From the NCBI GenBank assembly GCA_016715815.1, contig JADJXN010000004.1, positions 11,123-75,122 on the forward strand: 64,000 nt of DNA, read 5' to 3'. The stretch is from Oligoflexia bacterium. GTDB lineage: Bacteria > Bdellovibrionota > Bdellovibrionia > JABDDW01. The position numbers and the translations under genes are program-made. Below are positions 46,928 to 55,745 of the stretch, one piece after another. The notes under the pieces were generated by a model, which ran no database searches, was not told the DNA's origin, and worked only from the letters and a program-made list of their open reading frames with translations. Within the stretch, counting starts at the first letter, position 1, and the number at the start of each line of letters is the position of its first letter.

Positions 46928-49681
46928 TTAGTGGTTATCGGGCCAGAGGTTTTGCCAATTTTTATTAAAGGGGTCTGAGGCAGAGTGTTGTTGTTGGAGC
47001 CCTGTAATAGATAATAATTCCTGAGAGAGTTCAATTTGTTCTAGTGCTGTTTCACTTAAAACTTTGCCACAAGCATGCACAACACTTTGGCTATCAATGT
47101 TGTGGTACTTATAAATTTCATTGGGCCTTCCTGATTTTGAATGATGCCTTACACTTAATGCAATTTGCTTTACTCCCACAATACTTCCGGCGTTATCAAG
47201 TAAACCGGGCTCTCCATCATGCACACTAACAAGGGGCACTCTTTTACCACTAACGGTTATTAAGTCAGCGGGCTGGGTGTTACCATTCATGTGAGTGGTT
47301 AAGTAAAGATTGCCGTTAATACCAAGGTTTTTTAAATGTTCAAAATCATTTTCATAGGCAAGGTTTCCGAGTAACAAATCAGGGGATGAAACCATAATCA
47401 CGTTTGCAAAAATCCCTTTTTCTAAAAGGGCCTCAGATGCCTTAAGTGCTTCCGTGCCCATTGTTCCCATGGCTAAAATATTAACCACATTATCTCCTGG
47501 CTCATAACCCTCATAGCCTTGGTAATTTGTTAAGTAATAGGCTCCATTTAGACAATCAATTCTTGTGGCTTCTAAAATTTCATTTTCGCTTAAATTTTCA
47601 AAGCGCTTTTGTTTTTTTAAACATTTTAAAAATAAATTTTGCTCTAACCCTCTGGTTACGGCTCGAATGACTACTCCTGACCGGCCTTGATTTTTATTCT
47701 CAAGATGTAGGCGCATACTTTCGGTAAATATCCAATCAAGCTCAAGTGCAAACATGGGCTCCCATGTGATCATATTAGGTATTTGGATATCGCTTTTCCA
47801 ACCATGCTGTGCGCCCTCAGGGGAGAGAGAAACTCCAGAGGGGGTGCCCACTAAAATAAAGCTTGAACCCCAATATAAATTATAAAAAAGTTGGTCAAGG
47901 GCGCGCTTAATAAAAAAATCATAGACTGTCATTAAGGGTAAAACAGGAATTCCTGTAATATCCCTCATTTTTCCGTAAGAGCCCGCGCAGCTCATGGCGT
48001 TTCCTTCAGCAATTTCAAAACGTAAATGTCTGTGAGAGACTTCCTCACCCGGAACAACATCAGGGGATTTTGTATCTTTAACTTTATAAACTTCTTCAAA
48101 ATCTTCAACCACTTCTGGGGCAAATATTTTTCCATCCATGGTGGGGTTTAAGTTTGTTGAAGTGCCTACATCAGGGGCAAGGGTAATTAATAATTCACTA
48201 GCTGTTTTTAAACGCAATTCTTCATCGTTAAGTGGCTTTTGGTTTTCTTTTAATTTTGACGTATCAAGAGGTGTGTTTGCTATACGAGTCAGCTTTGCAG
48301 CAAGTTGGCCCAGCATCCACTGAGTGTGTGCTATAGGGACCATTTTTAAATTAATTCCTAAAGATGAGGGCAGTGAATTTGTTTTTTGAAGATTATTTAA
48401 AAAATAATTTTCATTCTCTTGTTTAATTTGAAATTGTTTTTTATAGCCCTCATAAAGAGCATCGCCTCTAGCTTTTAAAAACCTTCCAATTTCAGATTTT
48501 TCATCAGGGCGTTTAAAGGGCTCCTCACTTGGTATGTTTAAAGCTTTTTTCAAAGCTTCAATTTCCTCTTTTTCAGGTAGCGTGCTGTGGTTACCACTCA
48601 CTGCAAGACAATTAAGCCCCCAGCCTTTAACGGTGTGGCAAATAACAACACAAGGTTTTTTGGGGTTTTGTTTTGATTTAACTAAAGCGGCAATAACCTC
48701 AGCTATATCATGGCCGCCAAGGTCAAATAAAAGCTCATAGGCCTCACCAGGTTTTAGTGCATCTATAAATTTTTGCAGCTTTTTATCTTTTGCAACAAAA
48801 GCCTCTCTCACTTTTTTGTCATCTTTTGCACCTAAGAGGCTTTGAAATTCGTAATCATCAAATTGGTTTTCTAAAACTTGTTTAAATAATTCGCCATCAG
48901 GCTTTTTAAAAGCGGCTTGGCGCTTTTTCCCGTGGCGTACTTGAATGACCTCCCAGCCATTAGCAACAGAGGTTCTTTGTATTCTAATGTCATCAGTGCC
49001 ATCCATTATGTGGCGGTTTGTAATTCTGTGTCCATCAAGGGATTGGCGGTTATAATCTACTATCCAGGTTAAATTTCCAATTTCACGCTCTGCTGCATCA
49101 GGCATGGCCTCATACAAAGAGCCTTCACGGAATTCACTATCACCAATGAGAGACCAAAAATGGGCGTCAGGTGGAACTTTGTAACCATGCTCAGCACTAA
49201 ATCTGTATGCATGGGCAAGATAAGCTGCCATCACGGGTGGAATTCCTACGCTTCCTGAGGGGAAAAAATTTAAACCATCTGGATCCCAACTTGAGTGATA
49301 ACTTTGAAAGACGGGCTCTCCGTTTTGAGAAAATTTTCTTAAACCGCTCATAGCAGTTTTTTGATCGGTGTCTGAAAGGCGCTCAATAGAATTATGCTTA
49401 AAAAGATTTTTTAATAGGTAATTATAAGAATGGTCCATGGGGCTTGCATGGGGCTTAATGGCTAAGTGGTCAAAAGGACCTTTAACATGTAAATGCAGCG
49501 CCCCTAAAATATGCATTGCGGAAGAGCATGCCGCGGGGTGCCCACCAACTTTGGGATCCGTTTTGTCTTTTTGGCGAGCATGGTTGGCAATATCAATCAT
49601 GCTCATGGCGTAAGAATGTGCAATGCGCGCTATTTGTTCTAGTAATTGTGTGTCCATTTTGCCCCTAATGCTTAAGGGCAT
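46928..49681 (-). CDS. aceE: AceE-type (homodimeric) 2-oxoacid dehydrogenase E1 component, divergent
   Basis: ThDP motif LIGDSEFREGS...NLTWIVDYNRQSLDG. GGHPAACSS and GAQHGWKS segments parallel E. coli AceE as recalled. An alternative start at 49657 (MDTQ) has a GGGG SD. Confidence 0.8.
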   Translation of the reverse strand: MPLSIRGKMDTQLLEQIARIAHSYAMSMIDIANHARQKDKTDPKVGGHPAACSSAMHILGALHLHVKGPFDHLAIKPHASPMDHSYNYLLKNLFKHNSIERLSDTDQKTAMSGLRKFSQNGEPVFQSYHSSWDPDGLNFFPSGSVGIPPVMAAYLAHAYRFSAEHGYKVPPDAHFWSLIGDSEFREGSLYEAMPDAAEREIGNLTWIVDYNRQSLDGHRITNRHIMDGTDDIRIQRTSVANGWEVIQVRHGKKRQAAFKKPDGELFKQVLENQFDDYEFQSLLGAKDDKKVREAFVAKDKKLQKFIDALKPGEAYELLFDLGGHDIAEVIAALVKSKQNPKKPCVVICHTVKGWGLNCLAVSGNHSTLPEKEEIEALKKALNIPSEEPFKRPDEKSEIGRFLKARGDALYEGYKKQFQIKQENENYFLNNLQKTNSLPSSLGINLKMVPIAHTQWMLGQLAAKLTRIANTPLDTSKLKENQKPLNDEELRLKTASELLITLAPDVGTSTNLNPTMDGKIFAPEVVEDFEEVYKVKDTKSPDVVPGEEVSHRHLRFEIAEGNAMSCAGSYGKMRDITGIPVLPLMTVYDFFIKRALDQLFYNLYWGSSFILVGTPSGVSLSPEGAQHGWKSDIQIPNMITWEPMFALELDWIFTESMRLHLENKNQGRSGVVIRAVTRGLEQNLFLKCLKKQKRFENLSENEILEATRIDCLNGAYYLTNYQGYEGYEPGDNVVNILAMGTMGTEALKASEALLEKGIFANVIMVSSPDLLLGNLAYENDFEHLKNLGINGNLYLTTHMNGNTQPADLITVSGKRVPLVSVHDGEPGLLDNAGSIVGVKQIALSVRHHSKSGRPNEIYKYHNIDSQSVVHACGKVLSETALEQIELSQELLSITGLQQQHSASDPFNKNWQNLWPDNH

Positions 49682-49711
49682 CTTTTAGCATGAAATTAGT
49701 TTTTGTCGAGG

Positions 49712-50467
49712 CTAAATTTCACGGTACGAGGGGTTGTCATTACATTTCTTATAATTTTTTTGAAACAGATAATATTGCGTTCCAAATTTTGCTATGTTCT
49801 GTATAAGAACTTGAAAGAGGCCAGTATTTTCTTTTACTACAAAATCTAAAAAGCTCTGATTTCTAATTTGTTTTATGTTGTTCTTTTTAACCAGCTCATT
49901 TTGTGAGTAATCTTTTTTAAAGCCATCTAGAGATAAAATTATGGATTTAAAAACAGGAGTTAAATCTAAGTCAGAAATATTTTTTTTATTATTTCCGATC
50001 TCAGCCATTTTTTCTTTAATTGGCACCTCAAAAGAGTTTGTGATTGTTTCACAAAAGAGTTTGTTAAGGGCTAAAAGTTGTGGCCCTGCAATTTTATAAA
50101 ATTCAAAATATTCTTCTGTTGTTGTGTTGTTAATTTTTTTAGTTTTGTCTTTTTCTAAGTAGGAATAAAGGTTTTTTAATTCTTTTGTGGCATTTGGGTT
50201 TTTAGCATCTAAGACAGAGGCCACCAGCTCGTTTTTCTCATCACAGTCTTTTTCAAATGATGTGAGTACAGCATTGAGTAGAAGAAGGTGGTTTGTGGAA
50301 AAGCTTTCTTTAAGCTCCTCACAACTTTTATTATCAAAATCTTCTTCATCTTCATCTGTTGTTTGCTCATCAGCGCTATTAGGCATGTTGGGTAGTAAAA
50401 AATGAGGCTCTTGCGCTTGAGAAATTTGAAAGCTTAAAACTAGAAGTAAGACTAAAAACTTATTCAC
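49712..50467 (-). CDS. Exported helical 4-Cys protein (251 aa), paralog of the upstream gene
   Basis: Signal MNKFLVLLLVLSFQISQA. Shares SC..L....H.L.L.....FEK...C and FCETITNSF / SCQSILTSF blocks with the 210-aa neighbour. Confidence 0.6.
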   Translation of the reverse strand: MNKFLVLLLVLSFQISQAQEPHFLLPNMPNSADEQTTDEDEEDFDNKSCEELKESFSTNHLLLLNAVLTSFEKDCDEKNELVASVLDAKNPNATKELKNLYSYLEKDKTKKINNTTTEEYFEFYKIAGPQLLALNKLFCETITNSFEVPIKEKMAEIGNNKKNISDLDLTPVFKSIILSLDGFKKDYSQNELVKKNNIKQIRNQSFLDFVVKENTGLFQVLIQNIAKFGTQYYLFQKNYKKCNDNPSYREI

Positions 50468-51096
50468 TTATTTGGTTCCTTGTTAGCTTTGCAGCTTTGA
50501 TTTGCATCATCTAACTGTATTTTGTAGGCCTCAAGTTGGCTGGTTAAATCTTTGGCCAATTTTTCTTCTGTAATGGCAAAGTTTGTTAGAACTTCAGAAA
50601 GATTGGTTTTGTGCAGTTCAATTTGAAGATCTTTTGTTTGTTCATCAATTGATGTCCTTAGGTTTTGAGCTGTGGCGGTTAATGTGGTAGTGATGTTTTT
50701 AAGACTTTGAGTTATATCTACATTTTCAAAGTTTTTGCCTTCATTTGTAATTTTGTCTATTTTTTTAACTTCATTTGAAAATGAGGTGAGAATACTTTGG
50801 CAACTGGTTGAAAGTGCTTTCATAGTTCTGGGTAGCACCTTTTGTATAAATTCTTTTTTCTTGTTCTCATCGGTTTCGGTTTCGGGTGAATTAGGGTCTT
50901 TTTTTAAGGTTTTAGTTAATTCTTTTAATACTGCTAGCGTTATTTCACAGCCCTGGGCTTCTTTTTCAAATTCTTCAACAAGTTGCAATACATGCAGTTT
51001 ATTAATTTCAGCTTTTTGCTCTTTACAACTTAAGTTCTCAGCTTTTGATGTTAGAGAAATACCTAATAACGCGATAATAACTAAAATGGTCTTCAA
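50464..51096 (-). CDS. Exported helical 4-Cys protein (210 aa), paralog of the downstream gene
   Basis: Signal MKTILVIIALLGISLTSKA. 4-nt overlap with the downstream paralog. Confidence 0.6.
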   Translation of the reverse strand: MKTILVIIALLGISLTSKAENLSCKEQKAEINKLHVLQLVEEFEKEAQGCEITLAVLKELTKTLKKDPNSPETETDENKKKEFIQKVLPRTMKALSTSCQSILTSFSNEVKKIDKITNEGKNFENVDITQSLKNITTTLTATAQNLRTSIDEQTKDLQIELHKTNLSEVLTNFAITEEKLAKDLTSQLEAYKIQLDDANQSCKANKEPNK

Positions 51097-51263
51097 ACGG
51101 GCCTCCTCTGGTCACAAGTTTCTGGTTTATTAATAAATACAAAATAGGTGCCACCCCCATATATTGGCTAAGTATTTGATAATGCATTGAAAAATTATGG
51201 GGTTGGATGTGAATTAGAGCTAAAACATTAGTCAATTGTGCCAAATATTGTAGAGGACGAGCT

Positions 51264-51818
51264 TTACAAAGACGCCTTGGCCTCAAGGCTTGGGGAGATG
51301 AGATTTTTTAAAGGCTCGCGGCCAAAGTTGCGAGCTTCATCTGAGATTTCAATATCAGCCTTAACTACCTTTTCAAGCTGAGGTTTAAAATCCTCTTTTG
51401 TCATTTGGCGAGCTTCAATTACAAGGTTGGTTAAAGCTACAAGGGCAGAGGCCTCATCACTAGGGGCTACACTTTTATCTTCAAGAAGACTTAATAACAT
51501 ATCAAAACTGCGCCTCATAACCTCAACAAATTCTTCATTGAGCATTTTTGATTTTAAACGTGCTAAAGCGGCTTGTCTTTCAGAAAAGCGCGGGTGAACT
51601 AACACGGTTTGAGTTAAAACTTGAGCTGATTGGTTGAAAAAAACATCATCATTTTTTTCTTTAGAGTTAATTTCTTTATTCACCAAGCGCTCCATGTCTT
51701 CTACATCAAGAGTCATAATTTCTCTAATGTTATGGCGCATAACTGTGGCTTCAGCAAAGTTTAGTTGAAAATTTGTGAGCATAATTAATGTGGTTACAAA
51801 TAATATTTTAGATTTCAT
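51264..51818 (-). CDS. Exported helical protein (184 aa), unknown
   Basis: Signal MKSKILFVTTLIMLTNFQLNFA. Confidence 0.55.
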   Translation of the reverse strand: MKSKILFVTTLIMLTNFQLNFAEATVMRHNIREIMTLDVEDMERLVNKEINSKEKNDDVFFNQSAQVLTQTVLVHPRFSERQAALARLKSKMLNEEFVEVMRRSFDMLLSLLEDKSVAPSDEASALVALTNLVIEARQMTKEDFKPQLEKVVKADIEISDEARNFGREPLKNLISPSLEAKASL

Positions 51819-51828
51819 ATTCTCATTC

Positions 51829-52176
51829 CTATTTTATAAGTGTTAAGATAACTTTTCCCTCACAAGAGCAATCGCTGCTTTTTAAACGATTTTTTGAATA
51901 AGGCTCTGTATTAACTTTATTTTTTTTGTCAGCGTAAGAATTCTTTTTGCATTTTAAAATGGGTAAGCCTTGCGGGGTTTTGCCAATCTCAAAGTGCAGC
52001 ATGTAGTTTTCAAAAGCGCCAATATACTCCGTGCGAACTGGTTTATATTGGGAAACGATTTGCATGCACGCTTGTGGGTCAACCCCTCGGGCGTCGTTTA
52101 TGAAAAAAGTGCTATTCTGTGCCCAAGTTTCAAGGGCAAACAGCATCAACAAAACGGTCAACATTAACTTCAACAT
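51829..52176 (-). CDS. Small exported Cys-containing protein (115 aa), unknown
   Basis: ATG at 52176 is preceded by GAGG. Signal MLKLMLTVLLMLFALETWA. Confidence 0.5.
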   Translation of the reverse strand: MLKLMLTVLLMLFALETWAQNSTFFINDARGVDPQACMQIVSQYKPVRTEYIGAFENYMLHFEIGKTPQGLPILKCKKNSYADKKNKVNTEPYSKNRLKSSDCSCEGKVILTLIK

Positions 52177-52363
52177 ACGTACCTCATATATACTTTTTTC
52201 AACCACCCATAAGAGCAATCCAGATGCTAGGCTGACTGCAATTTAAATGTGGTTTCAGCAACTTAGCTATGGCTAAAGTTTCAGGTCGGTGACCAAAAGG
52301 GGCGTATTTTGTGGCACCACTTTATTATGATTGGTGGCAAAAATAATGTATAAAGGGTGCCAC

Positions 52364-52975
52364 ATGGAACTTCAATGGTACCAACCTAAACTAGCGTCCT
52401 TAAACATTAGTGGCATAGATGCTTCTGACTTTTTGCACAGGCTGACAACACAGGATTTTAAAAACTTTGCCACAGGACAAGCGAAGTACGCAGCATTTTT
52501 AGAGCCCAATTCAAAAATTAAGCATTTGTTTTTGGCGGAAAAAACATCTGACAAAAGTTTTTTACTGTGGGCTTTGCCTGAGAGTATTGAAAAATTAAAA
52601 ATAGATCTTGAGAAGTTCCACTTCAACGAAGATTTAAATTTTGAAATTAATAATCAGATTAAAGTTATTCACAAAGAATTAAGTGAACAGCAGCGCGTAG
52701 ACAGCGGGCTTTTTTCTCTTGGCATTGATGTTACAGAAAAAAATCTTCTTTTAGAAATTCCTTTTGAAGATTTTTTAGCACGGCAAAAAGGGTGTTACCC
52801 AGGCCAAGAAGTTGTGGAGAGAGTTTTTACTTACGGTAATGTTACAAAAAAACTCATGCTTTTAGATTTAGAAAAAATATCTAAAGAACGAATTGATGCT
52901 GCCATTACTTCCCGCGGAAGCAAAAAAGCCTTTTTATATTATAAAACTTCAAAAACTGCGGCTATAGGTAAGTGA
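52364..52975 (+). CDS. ygfZ: YgfZ/GcvT-like folate-binding protein (short form)
   Basis: KGCYPGQE signature near the C-terminal third. N-terminal ISGIDASDFLHRLTTQD pattern. Confidence 0.65.
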   Translation: MELQWYQPKLASLNISGIDASDFLHRLTTQDFKNFATGQAKYAAFLEPNSKIKHLFLAEKTSDKSFLLWALPESIEKLKIDLEKFHFNEDLNFEINNQIKVIHKELSEQQRVDSGLFSLGIDVTEKNLLLEIPFEDFLARQKGCYPGQEVVERVFTYGNVTKKLMLLDLEKISKERIDAAITSRGSKKAFLYYKTSKTAAIGK

Positions 52976-54000
52976 TCACTTACTCCATAGTAATCTAAGT
53001 TTCCATTTTGACCTGTGGTTGTAAAGGGCACAGGTGCTCCTGGTGGAATCACTTTGCCATTAGGTAAAGTAACAGGGCTTGTTGAAACATTAAGCCCAGG
53101 TGTTTGTATGCGTGTAAATGTGTTGGCAACGTAGCGAATGTTCTTATTGTCTAAAAGACCTCGGCTAAAAATAATGTGGTCTAGTGTGTTCCAAGTTTTT
53201 TTAGTGCCATAAAAATATGTCCCACTTTTTTCTGGTGCTAGTGGTCTTTCTTCATGAAGGTTAAAAAATAATGGGTTCTCAGGAGTTGAATTTACAACTT
53301 GCTGCATAGATCCGGTACCAAGACAACTTTTAATAGAAGGGTCACGGGGTTCATCATTTAAATCACCAATGGCGATGTAGTCTATGTTTGGATCTTTTTT
53401 CAAATAAGCTTGGAATACTTTTTTAAGCTTTTCTGCGGCTAAACATCTAAATTGTGCTGGCGCCATGCGAGCAGGCCAGTGGTTCATAAGTATTCCTAAA
53501 TTTGTTGTTGGGGTAATTTGTAAAACTATATTATAAATTGGTCTTGTTGGTTTGGCCCAAATGGGGTTTGATGGGTCACTGACTTGAACCATCATAGGTT
53601 TTCTTGCAAGTTTAAAGCGAGAAAGCATGGCCACATCAATACCGCGTTGATCAGGGCCTTCAAGTAAAATGGCATTGTAATTTAAATCGCGCAATTTTGC
53701 GTTTAAAGCATTTAAGGCTCTTATGTTTTCTGTTTCAGGCATTACTAAAATATCAGGGCCGCGACCATTATTAATGGCGCGAATTTGTTTGGCTAATTGA
53801 GTTACTTTTTTATCTAGCTTTTCAGGGGTCCAGTTTCTTTTTCCTTCAGGGGTGTATTCCTGATCATTTTTGCCCGGGTCATGAATGGTATCAAAAAGAT
53901 TTTCAACGTTAAAAGCAGCTAGAACAAATTTGGCTCCGGCAAAGCTTGAAGCGGAAGATAATAAAAAAACAATGGCTAATGAAATAGACAGTTTTTGCAT
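52939..54000 (-). CDS. Secreted endonuclease/exonuclease/phosphatase (EEP) family protein
   Basis: AAFNVENLF, LVMPETEN, IGDLNDEP and VSDHLPIA motifs. Signal MQKLSISLAIVFLLSSASSFA. Confidence 0.78.
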   Translation of the reverse strand: MQKLSISLAIVFLLSSASSFAGAKFVLAAFNVENLFDTIHDPGKNDQEYTPEGKRNWTPEKLDKKVTQLAKQIRAINNGRGPDILVMPETENIRALNALNAKLRDLNYNAILLEGPDQRGIDVAMLSRFKLARKPMMVQVSDPSNPIWAKPTRPIYNIVLQITPTTNLGILMNHWPARMAPAQFRCLAAEKLKKVFQAYLKKDPNIDYIAIGDLNDEPRDPSIKSCLGTGSMQQVVNSTPENPLFFNLHEERPLAPEKSGTYFYGTKKTWNTLDHIIFSRGLLDNKNIRYVANTFTRIQTPGLNVSTSPVTLPNGKVIPPGAPVPFTTTGQNGNLDYYGVSDHLPIAAVFEVL

Positions 54001-54085
54001 TCGGTTCCCCCCCTTGAATGTTATAAATATGCTTTCATTCAAAGTGAGCTTGGTCAACGAACAAAAAGATTAAAATCAGATAAAT

Positions 54086-54790
54086 TTACTTAAATAAAAT
54101 GACGGGAAGGCGCCGAAATACCGTAATTTCGTTTTGGCCAACTTTGCAAGCCCAGCAACTTATTTTAACTCCAGCCTTAAAAGCTTTTTGTAATAGTTTT
54201 GTGTACTCAGGGTCTATTTCATGGCAAGGTCTAAATTTTTTGCAATCTTGCCTTTGTACAATAAAAACTATTTCTGCTTTATCGCCTTTTTTCGCAAGAC
54301 TCATAAGTTCTTTTAAATGTTTTTGCCCGCGTAAAGTTTTAGCATCAGGAAATGTGGCCCAGGGGGGGATGCTCATGCTTACATTTTTAACTTCAACCCA
54401 TAATTTTTCTTTTTTATTTGTAAGTAAAAAATCAAGCCTTGTTTGTGGGTTAATTTTTACCTCTGCCTTTATGTTGTTAAATTTTTTCCAGTGGGGGATG
54501 AGTTTATTTTCAAAAGCTTCTCTGACTAGATGGTTTGTTTTTGATGTGTTAACCCCTACCCAGTTATTGGGGGCTGTTTGCACCATTTCTAATGTATAGG
54601 GAATTTTTCTCTTAGGATTGCTTGACACGGATAGTAAACAGGGGCTTCCGCTTTGGCTAACACCCATCATGGAACCTGAGTTGGGAACATGGGCTAAAAT
54701 AATTTCGTTGGAGGCTAGTTTTACGTCTGCCAAAAAGCGTTTGTAACGCTTAATGAGAGTGCCTTTTAATATGGGATTTTCAAATTTCAT
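54086..54790 (-). CDS. sfsA: SfsA-family protein (sugar fermentation stimulation / nuclease-like)
   Basis: MKFENPILKGTLIKRYKRFLADV N-terminus, HVPNSG and the length (234 aa) are characteristic. Confidence 0.82.
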   Translation of the reverse strand: MKFENPILKGTLIKRYKRFLADVKLASNEIILAHVPNSGSMMGVSQSGSPCLLSVSSNPKRKIPYTLEMVQTAPNNWVGVNTSKTNHLVREAFENKLIPHWKKFNNIKAEVKINPQTRLDFLLTNKKEKLWVEVKNVSMSIPPWATFPDAKTLRGQKHLKELMSLAKKGDKAEIVFIVQRQDCKKFRPCHEIDPEYTKLLQKAFKAGVKISCWACKVGQNEITVFRRLPVILFK

Positions 54791-54839
54791 ATAAATTAGT
54801 TTTGTTGCAAAACAAGCATTGCCACAGTAAACCCATAAT

Positions 54840-55745
54840 ATGCAAACAGAAATTCAAAATCGCAAACCTGAATGGCTAAAAATTCGTCCCCCAAGCCATG
54901 AAAATTATTTTGAAATAAAAAAACTTTTAAGAAGCCTTAACCTTTACACCGTTTGTGAAGAGGCAAGGTGCCCTAACATTGGTGAGTGTTGGGCGGGGGG
55001 GACCGCCACATTTATGCTCTTGGGGGATGTTTGCACCAGGGGTTGCAAGTTTTGTGCTATTAAAACAGGAAATCCACGGGGTGTGGTTGATAAAGATGAG
55101 CCACAAAAAGTAGCCCAAGCCATTGGCCAATTAAAATTAAAATACGTTGTTATCACCAGTGTTGACCGAGACGACATGAGTGACCATGGCTCGGGCCACT
55201 TTGCAGAGACAGTGAGTAATTTAAGAATTGTTGCGCCAGATCTTAAAATTGAAGTTTTAACTCCTGATTTTTTAGCAAATCCTGCGTGGATTTCAAAAAT
55301 TGTAAACGCTAAGCCCCATGTTTTTGCCCATAACATAGAAACAGTGGAGCGCTTAACTCCTAAAGTACGTGACCCAAGAGCAAAGTATGTACAAAGCCTT
55401 AGAGTTTTAAAAATAGTTAAAGAATTTGATGCAAGTATGTACACCAAATCTTCTTTAATGTTAGGCCTTGGCGAAACCGATGACGAAATTAAAAAAACAT
55501 TAGAAGATTTGCAAGAAGTTGGCTGTGATGTTGTGACTTTTGGTCAATATTTGCAGCCCACAAAAAGACATTTAAAAGTTATTGAATTTGTCAGACCAGA
55601 AAAGTTTGAATATTGGAGAGAATACTCTGAGAAAATGGGCTTCTTATATGTAGCCAGTGGAGCTATGGTCAGAAGCAGCTACAGGGCGGCAGAGTATTTT
55701 GAGGCAGGTACTACAAGAATAGGGGAAATTAAAAATGGCAATTGA
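54840..55745 (+). CDS. lipA: Lipoyl synthase
   Basis: CEEARCPNIGEC auxiliary cluster and CTRGCKFC radical-SAM motif. Confidence 0.92.
   Translation: MQTEIQNRKPEWLKIRPPSHENYFEIKKLLRSLNLYTVCEEARCPNIGECWAGGTATFMLLGDVCTRGCKFCAIKTGNPRGVVDKDEPQKVAQAIGQLKLKYVVITSVDRDDMSDHGSGHFAETVSNLRIVAPDLKIEVLTPDFLANPAWISKIVNAKPHVFAHNIETVERLTPKVRDPRAKYVQSLRVLKIVKEFDASMYTKSSLMLGLGETDDEIKKTLEDLQEVGCDVVTFGQYLQPTKRHLKVIEFVRPEKFEYWREYSEKMGFLYVASGAMVRSSYRAAEYFEAGTTRIGEIKNGN

Noticed and set aside
52939-52975. 37-nt convergent overlap of the ygfZ-like and EEP genes, and a 23-nt overlap of nhaA with the downstream OMP-like gene
   Set aside because: Short convergent 3' overlaps are common in compact genomes. There is no evidence of functional significance.
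54099-55447. Long shadow ORFs (166 aa and 167 aa) antisense to sfsA and lipA. The same applies to 7025-7450 antisense to the RND gene, and 11778-12131 antisense to osmC/trx.
   Set aside because: They lie opposite strongly motif-supported genes, have odd composition (Ser/Leu/Thr-rich, no motifs) and no SD. These are typical antisense open frames.
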